Assembly (NCBI GenBank): GCA_013265495.1
Contig: MU058636.1
Coordinates: 8,984,239-9,048,238, forward strand
Reading direction: 5' to 3'
Length of the DNA: 64,000 bases
Origin: Vicugna vicugna
Taxonomy: Eukaryota
Shown here in pieces: positions 54,430 to 64,000 of the stretch. A program made the position numbers and the translations under genes. Every line of letters begins with the position of its first letter. Positions within the stretch are counted from its first letter, which is position 1. Below the pieces are notes generated by a model. The model was not told the DNA's origin, searched no databases, and saw nothing but the letters and a program-made list of their open reading frames with translations.

Positions 54430-56750
54430 GGGCGCAGTTAGAAAACCTTTCAGACCGCTCTGCGCACTTCTGAAACCAGACAAACGCAAGGGGGCAGGCG
54501 GAGCTCGAGTTCTGACCTCAGAGCCGGCTGACTGAAGGGAGCTAGCCTATTTTAGTTCGCTCTCCGGGTATTTTATCAATTCTCTCGGCATGCCAAGAAA
54601 TGTGATGCTGCCGAGCGGGTTTAGTTTGTGCTTGGTCTAATTACTGCGAAGGGACAGAAACGTCTCTAGTGACAGCTACCCCAGCAGCGGCGGCTTTGGA
54701 GGCGCCTGGGGCCACATTCCCTGGAACCTACCCTTTGGTGCGACTCTCGAGATCCTTATCAGACTGCATCTCTCACACATTCCAAGTGCCCTTTTCTCCC
54801 CTTTACTGTGAAATTTGGTTGCAAAGGAGGGGCTTGTTAAAATCTCACCAATCCGAGGCCTGGACTTAATTGTAATTTACGAGGAGTCAGCAGCGGGCGG
54901 GGGCAGGGCGAGGAGGGGGCGCAACCTCCTCTAGACCGGCTTTGAATTCCTGCTTTCCTTCTTATGCAAATAGGCCCCCAGAGTGTCTCCCTAAACATCT
55001 CTGGGTTTGATTCAAACTCAGGCGACATTGCGTCTAACTTTCCTCTCGGGTTTGCAAGTTTCAGTGAGAAATAACCATTCCCTGCTCGGGATCCCATGGA
55101 ATTTGGGGGTTGGGAGCTAAAATGGGGTATTCCTGGATCGCAAGCAGCTGAAAAAGTGAATCCAGCCGGGCGGCGTGTTCTGGCTCCGCTGCCGGAGCCC
55201 CAGCCCCGGCAGCCCCAAGCGGGGCCAGTCCCCTCTCTTCCCGGACAACCTGTTGCGCCTTGTGTCTCCTCCCCTCCGCGCGGTTTCCCCGCCTCGGCCG
55301 GTGGGAGCTGATTGGCAGAAGCCGCTACCCAACCCTTGACTGGGGGCCTCCTCTCGGGACCGACGATTGGCCTCCTGGGAGGACTGGAGTAAGGGGGTAC
55401 GAGGGGAGGGATTTCCCTCAAAGCTCAGGGTCCCGGGACCTGGGAAGAAGTGGAGGGGCTCAGTTCTCCGCGGGACGGAGCCGCGAGCCGCTGAGCTGGA
55501 CGCGCCGGGACAGCCCAGCCTCCGCTGCTGCTCCAGCCGGGACGGCGCTGAGCCACTTTCTCATCCTTCTGGTCCAGCCTTGGCTGCAGCAGGACCCCGC
55601 GGGCACTTTGCGGACGGCTCTCTTGCTCCTTGCCCCGGACTGACTGCGCTCTCAGGCTGAGCCGTCCGAGCCCTAACACCCGGACTATGCGCGGGGCCCG
55701 GACCCCCGGGATCACCGCCTGCGTGCTCCACGCAGCCAACCCCACCAGCTTTCAGCCAATGCCTCCGCCGCCGCCCCGGCTGCTGCTGCTCCTGCTGCTG
55801 CTCCTGTCACTGGTAAGCCACGTCTCGGCACAGCCCGCTGCCCCCGGCCGGGCGTTGCTGTCCCCGGATCTGGCGGGGGTAGCAGGGGTCCCCGCCCAAG
55901 AGGCCATAGTGCTGGCGAACCGGGGGCTGCGGGCGCCCTTCGGCCGTGAGGTCTGGCTGGACCCGTTGCAGGACCTGGTGCTGCAGGTGCAGCCGGGGGA
56001 TCGCTGCGCAGTGACCGTGCTAGACAGCGATGCGCTGGCCCAGCGGCCCGGCCGCCTGAGTCCCAAGCGCTTCCCGTGCGACTTCGGTGCTGGAGAGGTG
56101 CGCTACTCTCATCTGGGCGCGCGCAGCCCTTCGCGGGATCGCATCCGGCTGCAGTTGCGCTATGACGCCCCAGGAGGGGCGGCAGTGCTGCCTTTGGTAC
56201 TGGAGGTGGAGGTGGTCTTCACCCAGCTGGAGGTTGTGACTCGGAACTTGCCTCTGGTCGTGGAGGAGCTGCTGGGGACCAGCAATGCCCTGGACTCCCG
56301 GACCCTGGAGTTCTCCTACCAGCCCGAGACTGAGGAGTGTCGCGTGGGCATCCTGTCCGGCCTGGGTGCGCTGCCTCGCTATGGGGAACTCCTCCGTTAC
56401 CCGCAGTTCCCGGGACGTGCCCGCGAGGGGGACACCCAGGAGCCTCTCCTGATGGACTGCAGAGCGTTCCAGGAGCTAGGCGTGCGCTACCGCCACACAG
56501 CCCCCAGCCGCTCTCCGAACAGGGACTGGGTGCCCATGGTGGTGGAGCTGCGCCCGCGGGGATCTCCTGTGGGCAGCCCTGCTTTGAAGCGCGAGCACTT
56601 CCAAGTGCTGGTGAGAATCCGAGGAGGCGCTGAGAACACTGCACCCAAGCCCAGTTTTGTGGCCATGATGATGGTGGAGGTGGACCAGTTTGTGCTGACC
56701 GCCCTGACGCCGGACATGCTGGCGGCTGAGGATGCTGAGTCCAGCCCTGA
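54430..56750. promoter_or_regulatory. FREM2: CpG island spanning the FREM2 promoter, 5'UTR and first ~1 kb of CDS (boundaries approximate)
   Basis: Abrupt rise in GC and CpG versus AT-rich flanks. GC box GGGCGGGG at 54895, CCAAT at 54848, ATTGG at 55311 and 55366; no TATA box seen. Confidence 0.88.
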
Positions 56751-59700
56751 CTTGCTGATCTTCAACCTCACCTCTCCGTTCCAGCCTGGCCAGGGCTGCC
56801 TGGTGAGTACTGATGATCGCAGCCTGCCCCTCTCTTCCTTCACTCAGAGGGATTTGCACCTCCTGAAGATTGCCTACCAGCCCCCCTCGGAGGACTCTGA
56901 CCAGGAACGTCTCTTTGAACTGGAGCTGGAGGTAGTGGACCCAGAAGGAGCAGCCTCGGATCCTTTTGCCTTCATGGTAGTGGTGAAGCCCATGAACACT
57001 CTGGCACCAGTGGTCACCCGGAACACTGGTCTCATTCTTTATGAGGGCCAGTCTCGGCCCCTCACTGGCCCCGTGGGCAGTGGACCACAAAACTTGGTCA
57101 TCAGCGATGAGGATGACCTAGAGGCAGTTCAGCTGGAGGTGGTGGCTGGGCTCCGGCATGGCCACCTTGTCCTTCTGGGTGCCTCCAGGGGCAACTCCTC
57201 ACCTAAGACCTTTACAGTAGCTGAGCTAGCCGCTGGCCAAGTGGTCTACCATCACGATGACAAAGACGGCTCACTGAGTGACAACCTGGTGCTTCGAATG
57301 GTGGATGGAGGACGCAGACACCAGGTGCAATTCCTGTTCCCTATCACCTTAGTGCCTGTGGATGACCAGCCGCCAGTCGTCAATGCCAACACGGGGCTGA
57401 CACTGGCAGAGGGTGAAACCGTGCCCATCCTGCCCCAAGCTCTAAGTGCAACTGACATGGACTCAGATGACTCCCTGCTGCTCTTTGTGCTGGAGTCACC
57501 CTCCTCAACTACTGGTCATCTGCTTCTCCGCCAAGCCCATCCTCCACAGGAGGAAGACGAGCTTATCAGGGGCCCTTGGAGGAAGCAGGGAGCGTTCTAT
57601 GAGAAAACAATCACAGAGTGGCGGCAGCAGGACATAACGGAGGGGAGGCTGTTCTACCGGCACTCTGGGCCCCACAGTCCTGGACCAGTAATGGACCAGC
57701 TCATGTTTCGAGTCCAGGATAACCATGACCCCCCAAATCAGTCTGGGCTACAGAGATTTATGATACGCATTCATCCTGTGGATCGCCTCCCTCCAGAGTT
57801 GGGCAGCGGCTGTCCCCTTCGGATGGTGGTACAGGAATCCCAGCTCACACCACTGAGGAAAAAGTGGCTGCGCTACACTGACCTGGACACAGATGACCGA
57901 GAACTCCATTACACAGTGACACAACCCCCAATGGACATGGATGAAAACCACTCACCAGCTCCACTGGGCACCTTGGTCTTGACAGACAACCCTTCAGTGG
58001 TGGTGGCCCATTTTACACAAGCCCAGATCAATCACCATAAAATTGCTTACAAACCTCCAGATCAAGAACTGGGGGTGGCTGCCCGAGTGGCCCAGTTTCA
58101 ATTCCAGGTGGAGGACCGAGCAGGGAATGTGGCTCCAGGCACCTTCACCCTTTATTTGCAGCCAGTGGACAACCAGCCACCTGAGATCCTCAATACTGGC
58201 TTTACTGTTCAGGAGAAGGGCCACCACATCCTGAGTGAGACTGAGCTGGGTGTGAATGATGTAGACACTGATGTAGCCTACATCACCTTCAATCTCACAC
58301 AGGCGCCCAAACATGGCCGTATGAGGGTGTCTGGACAGATCTTGCATGTGGGTGGGATTTTCCACTTGGAGGACATAAAACAGGGTCGGATTTCCTATGC
58401 CCATGATGGGGATGAATCTCTGACTGATAGCTGCTCCTTGGAGGTCAGCGACAGACACCATGTGGTGCCCATCACTCTCAGAGTGAATGTGCGGCCAGTG
58501 GATGATGAGGTACCCATAATGAGCCTTCCTGCAGGCACTCTGGGGTCTTATCTAGATGTTTTAGAAAATGGGGCTACTGAAATCACTGCCAATGTTATCA
58601 AGGGGACTGATGAGGACACTGATGATTTGATGTTGACTTTCCTCTTGGAAGATCCTCCCTTATATGGAGAAATCCTGGTCAATGGAGTTCCAGCAGAGCA
58701 GTTCACCCAAAAGGACATCCTGGAGGGCTCTGTTATCTACGCCCACACTAGTGGTGAGATAGGCCTAATGCCCAAAGGGGACTCTTTTAACCTGAGTCTG
58801 TCAGATATGTCTCAGGAATGGAGAATAGGCAGTAATACAATCCAGGGAGTTACCGTGTGGGTGACCATCCTCCCGGTTGACAGCCAGGCCCCAGAAATTT
58901 CTATAGGTGAACGGTTTATAGTAATGGAAGGTGATAAAAGTGTGATAACCTCCATGCACATAAGTGCTGAAGACGTTGACTCCCTCAACGATGACATCTT
59001 GTGCACCATCGTCATTCAGCCTACCTCCGGTTATGCTGAAAACATCTCTCCGGCCCCAGGCTCTGAAAAATCAAGAGCAGGAGTTGCCATAAGTGCTTTC
59101 ACGCTGAAAGATCTCAAACAAGGTCATATAAACTATGTCCAGAGCGTCCACAGAGGCATAGAACCTGTGGAAGACCGGTTTGTATTTCGTTGTTCTGATG
59201 GCATTAACTTTTCAGAGAGACATTTCTTCCCCATTGTAATCATTCCCACCAACGATGAACAGCCAGAAATGTTTCTGAGAGAATTTATGGTGATGGAAGG
59301 CATGAGTCTGGTGGTCGATACGCCCATCCTCAATGCTGCTGATGCTGACATTCCCCCGGATGACTTAACTTTCACTATTACCAGGTTTCCTGCCCACGGT
59401 CACATCATGAGCCAGCTGATAAATGGCACGGTTTTGGTTGAAAGCTTCACCTTGGACCAGATCATAGAGAGTTCCAGCATTATTTATGAGCACGACGACT
59501 CTGAAACCCAGGAAGACAGTTTTGTGATTAAACTGACGGATGGGAAGCACTCTGTGGAGAAGACAGTCCTGATTCTGGTTATCCCTGTTGATGACGAGAC
59601 CCCCAGAATGGCCATCAACAATGGCCTGGAAGTGGAAATTGGAGAAACCAAAATTATCAACAACAAAATATTGATGGCAACTGATTTAGATTCTGATGAC

Positions 59701-60865
59701 AAATCCTTGGTTTATATTATTCGTTATGGGCCAGGACATGGCTTACTGCAGAGACAAAAACCTACAGGTGTCTTTGAAAATATCACGCTGGGCATGAATT
59801 TTACCCAGGATGAGGTGGACAGGAATTTAATTCAGTACATCCATTTTGGGCAAGAGGGCATTCGGGATCTAATTAAATTTGATGTGACGGATGGAATAAA
59901 TGCCCTCATAGATCGCTACTTTTATGTGTCTGTTGGGAGCCTTGATATTGTCTTCCCTGATGTGATAAGTAAGGGGGTGTCCTTGAAAGAAGGTGGTAAG
60001 GCCACCCTCACAACAGACCTGCTAAGCACTAGTGACTTGAACAGTCCAGATGAAAACTTAGTTTTTACCATCACCAGGGCTCCCATGAGAGGTCACTTAG
60101 AATGCACAGACCAACCTGGAGTGTCCATCACATCTTTCACTCAGCTCCAACTGGCTGGCAACAAAATCTACTACATCCACACAGCTGATGATGAGGTGAG
60201 GATGGACAGCTTTGAGTTTCAAGTCACTGACGGCCATAACCCCGTCTTCCGGACATTCCGTATCTCCATCAGTGATGTGGACAACAAAAAGCCAGTGGTC
60301 ACCATCCATAGCCTGGTTGTCAGCGAAGGTGAAAACAAGCTGATTACTCCCTTTGAGCTCACTGTGGAAGACAGAGATACTCCAGACAAACTCCTGAAAT
60401 TCACTATTACCCAGGTGCCTGTCCATGGTCAACTCCTGTTCAACAATACGAGACCCATCATGATATTTACCAAGCAAGACTTGAATGAAAACTTAATCAG
60501 CTACAGACATGATGGCACCGAGTCAAGTGAAGACAGCTTCTCCTTCACCGTGACTGACGGTTCCCATACAGAGTTCTATGTTTTTCCTGATACAATATTT
60601 GAAACAAGGAGACCCCAAGTGATGAAGATCCAGATTTTAGCAGTTGACAACAGTGTCCCCCAAATTGCAGTAAACAAAGGGGCCTCCACACTTCGCACTC
60701 TGGCCACGGGCCACTTGGGGTTCATGATCACAAGCAAAGTGTTGAAAGCAGAGGACCGAGACAGCTTACGTTTTTCTCTTAGGTTCATTGTGACAGAGGC
60801 CCCTCGACATGGGTATCTCCTCAACCTGGGCAAAGGCAACCACAGTGTGGCTCAGTTTACACAAG
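55687..60865 (+). CDS. FREM2: FREM2 coding exon 1 (partial gene; 1726 codons + 1 nt, continues in downstream exons beyond the window)
   Basis: Long open frame translating to MRGARTPG...[27 protein letters not shown]...[22 protein letters not shown]...[10 protein letters not shown], recognisable as FREM2. ATG at 55687 has A at -3 (ggactATG), with an upstream in-frame TGA at 55549 and no ATG in between. Ends at donor CAAG|GTATGC (phase 1). Confidence 0.97.
55759..55830 (+). other. FREM2: Signal-peptide-coding segment (Pro run, Arg, Leu9 h-region encoded mostly by CTG, cleavage likely after VSA)
   Basis: [26 protein letters not shown] has the n/h/c signal peptide pattern; (CTG)-rich tract at 55780-55806. 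Confidence 0.85.
56647..60865 (+). other. FREM2: CSPG (NG2/cadherin-like) repeat array, about 11 complete repeats plus the start of the 12th
   Basis: Recurring ~115-130 aa units with L.A.D.D, P.HG.L, FTQ.DI..G.I.Y.H, D.F.F.V.DG and PVDD.PP motifs. Confidence 0.88.
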
Positions 60866-60871
60866 GTATGC
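60863..60871 (+). other. FREM2: 5' splice donor of FREM2 intron 1 (AAG|GTATGC); intron 1 runs from 60866 past the window end
   Basis: Consensus AG|GT. FREM2 similarity stops at FTQ, the frame continues into non-homologous [10 protein letters not shown]..., and composition becomes AT-rich. Confidence 0.92.
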
Positions 60872-63800
60872 TTCACTTTTCTTTCCTTATAATCAAAGGG
60901 CATTCCTGTCTTATATCTTGAGATATGGTTGTCACTGAGAACTTCGTAAGTAGAGCATCAGATTGCAGTCCAAGGGAACGGAAAGAAAGGAAACTAAAGG
61001 GGTGGGGAAAATACAGGGACTCTCTTTCCTGGGAGGACATTTCCCTTCTTCCTATATGTCCCACTGCAATGACCTTCATTAGAAAGAAAATTGTATTTTA
61101 AAAATGACAAGGTAGGCTGCCAAAGGAGGAGCTAGACGTAGGTGAATTAAATTTGAAGCAGACTTCCTGGCTCTCCTCTGTCCTCTGAGCAGTCTGTTTT
61201 GTATGCTGCAGACAGTTCATGAAGTAGCTTAGCATCTTAGAGAAAGGTGTGTGCTCTTAATTCCGTGTATCCACATTATTATTATTATCATCACCCCACC
61301 GTTCAATTAGAGCCTTCAAATGTATATTACTTTGATTGTTTTTTAAGAAGATTGTTCTAAAACTGTTACAGTTGTTAGGGACTTCGTAACAAAAACAAAA
61401 AGATGTATTTATATTTACTTTGTAGATTTTATCATATTTATAGGATTTCATTCCTTAGGCTAACACCTGTCCAAAGGCATAAGGGGTAAACACCTATCTA
61501 GATTTATAAGGAGTGTTACTATGATCCATACACACAAAGAAGAAAGTATACTTAATGATGTACTAGAAGACAATAAGTCTGTTATCAAAATGCACATCCA
61601 TTTCATTGTTAAGAATCGGAAGATATGTTAACAGGATTAGTAGTAACAGGAGGAAATTATTTTCTCATCTCAAACCTCCCTCTGCCCTGTTTCAAACACA
61701 ATAACAAACACCATTGCCTCAGCCATCTGCATTCTTGAGGCTAAAGCATTTTTTTCTAACCTCAGTTTTCTTTGTGTGTGGACATAGTCTGAGACAGGAA
61801 GGGCAGGTGACCTGGGCAGAGTTACTCAGTGACTGAAGGGGGAAGCCCATTCAACCTGCTGGCTTGGGAGTTAGGGCTCTGCTTTCTAGAACGTGCGACT
61901 TTTATTACAAAGAGCTTTGGGTGGCTTTCATGAAAGTCTCACCCTTGTCAGAATGGAAACCAGATCTGTCCTATGCGGGCTCTGTGGATGGAGATGGAGT
62001 TAAACCCCAGGGCATCCCATTGGGGGTGTTCCTTTCCTGCAACAGTGTTGCGCTCTTAGATAACTAATGCTTTAATAAACGTGGATGTCACAAAGTGTAG
62101 TGTGAAACTAAACTGCTTCTCTGTTTTGGATGCTGGCAAATAGCCCCACACTCCAACCTCCTGATTCTTGGCTGAAAGCCTGAATATATCCTAGGGCCTG
62201 CAGGGACAGGAAAACCTCAGAGTGCCAAGTGTCATGCCAGACCAGCAGGAAACTTGTGTGTGAAAGCTTTCCTAGGATAGAGATGCGTGCAATCTTAGAC
62301 TGGTTTATTTTCATGGAAAGTCAAGAGGATGAAAGGAATATATTAGAGGACTGAAAATGTTACTGCAAACCACTCCTCTGACCAGAAAAAATAAATCTCA
62401 TTTTAGAGACTTTTTTTTTCAAAAAGGAATTTTTGGATGACAATAAGTAAATGATTTAATTTAAATTCTGTGGACCAAGTCCGAGAGCTGAAAATATTGG
62501 AATATTATTTCCTAAATATTGAGCCATAAAAATCATGCTATTTCATTACAGGCTGTTGCTCTGTCTCTCACTGACTTGGAGTCACTGTGATTACTTTTTA
62601 TAGTCACTTGTAAATATAGAGTAGTTGTAAGTTTCTTATAAAAATTGAAGATACATTTTTTAAGATTACCTTTTTAAGAGATTATCACATTCCAATCAGA
62701 ACCCAAATATTGACTGGGAAAATTGTTGGTGTTTAATCACATGGGACCCATTTTAACATGTTGAGGCTGGAGTTTGGTTCAGAGCAGTAATTTATGGACA
62801 TTAGATAAGTGAATACAAATGGAGAAAGTTCCATCATAGAGCCACCCATGGCTGCTCTTGCTGTAGCGCAAGTAAAAGCCGTGTCTAAAGTGAAGACTGT
62901 CCTGTCTTTTTAGTTGTTTTTGTTTTGTCATGAAAGGATGAGCTTAGTTATATTTTGATGGATTTTCAATGCACTGAATTAAGTCAACTTAGCACATATG
63001 GCTGGGGAAGTTATTGCCAAACAGATTGACTGAACAGTCCCTAGGAGGGAAAAAAAAAAGATTATTTCTAAAACTTATTAAATTTCACTATCAGAAAAAG
63101 TTAACAAGATAGAATTAGACAAGTTAAGGAAATTATTTAGTTATTTCAGACTTTGCCTCTTTGTCAAGATGCCCCTCACTGAACCTCCTCTACCCCAGGT
63201 CTAAATCGCTTGTCTCCAGTACCTGGACTCTTTTTCCCTACAATAAATACATAATAATATCTTGTGGGAGCTAATTTCAGAATTATCACTCTAAGAAATT
63301 TCTCCATAGATAACCAGGCAGTGGGTACCGGGAGTGTCAATGAATTTAGACTTAAAAAAAAAAAAAGGAAATGATTGTGTAGATAAATTGAAATAAATTT
63401 GATGCATGTATAACATTGAGAAGGTGAACTAGTTAACTGTTAAATGTTTACTTCAAGAAGATAACATTTTGACTACCTGGTTTTTACTCTTCCTAGCACT
63501 TCTGTGCCTTAAGAAGAGAGTGTTTATGTATCTTTTTATGATACGTTTATTTTATTTTTAGAGATACCTGTAGTATAACAGCGTTATGATCAAAGTCTTT
63601 CCTTACTTGAGATTTTAAAAAGCCCCCCTTTGCAATCATGCATTATTAACAGAATTGTGAAAAGGGTTTTAGTTTTTGTTTCATCTAATCAATAGCTCAG
63701 ATCTAACCTGGAGAGAAAAACTGACACTTGAGTGTCTTATAACTGAATTCATGTTCTTGTTACTTTAAAAAAGAAAAGTTCTTAAAAGTCAGTCTTGAAG

Positions 63801-64000
63801 TAGTAATTTATTTCAATGAAACTAGCTCCTAAATACAAGAAAATGTTGATACAGAGATTGGCGGTTTTTCCTTTCTTGGAGGAGAGCCTTTAGATTTTTC
63901 TTAAACATTAAAGAAGGAATGGGAACATTGGGCAAAGATCTTGCCCCCGTGACCAGAAGATGGTATCTTTATGCTAAGGACCTCTAGTCAGAGCAGAGTT

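Noticed and set aside
55630..55686. ORF-track start at TTG 55630 (1763 aa)
   Set aside because: Non-ATG start from a prokaryote-style caller; the homologous start is ATG 55687.
54837..57090. Longer alternative-frame and antisense ORFs (194, 127, 141, 204 aa) around the CpG island
   Set aside because: Expected from stop-poor GC-rich DNA and shadowing of the real CDS; low-complexity Pro/Gly/Arg/Ala with no recognisable domain.
60866..60921. ORF-track C-terminal tail as part of canonical FREM2
   Set aside because: It lies after the splice donor and is non-homologous intronic read-through.

Overview
Mammalian (eutherian) genomic DNA, probably camelid. The lineage call rests on a short tRNA-derived Vic-1-like SINE, artiodactyl-type L1 3' ends, and no Alu/B1/Bov-A/PRE-1/Can-SINE seen. 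About the first 54 kb is AT-rich intergenic sequence with no credible protein-coding gene. It is filled with L1, L2, MIR, ERVL/MaLR LTR and hAT DNA-transposon relics, several nested or with clear target-site duplications (TSDs). A CpG-island, TATA-less promoter (~54.4-55.7 kb) leads into the giant first coding exon of FREM2 (FRAS1-related extracellular matrix 2): ATG at 55687, splice donor after 60865, 5179 coding nt encoding signal peptide, N-terminal domain and the CSPG repeat array. The rest is the start of intron 1. I found no convincing new biological system. The most notable observations are the intronless 5.2-kb exon, a promoter motif cluster (NF-Y pair, octamer, posterior-HOX site), two twin-primed 5'-inverted L1s, an unusually long 24-bp TSD, an unassigned poly(A)-tailed segment fused to an L1, and CpG-retaining candidate enhancers. 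Repeat family names, repeat boundaries and comparisons with human FREM2 come from pattern recognition and memory, not database searches.
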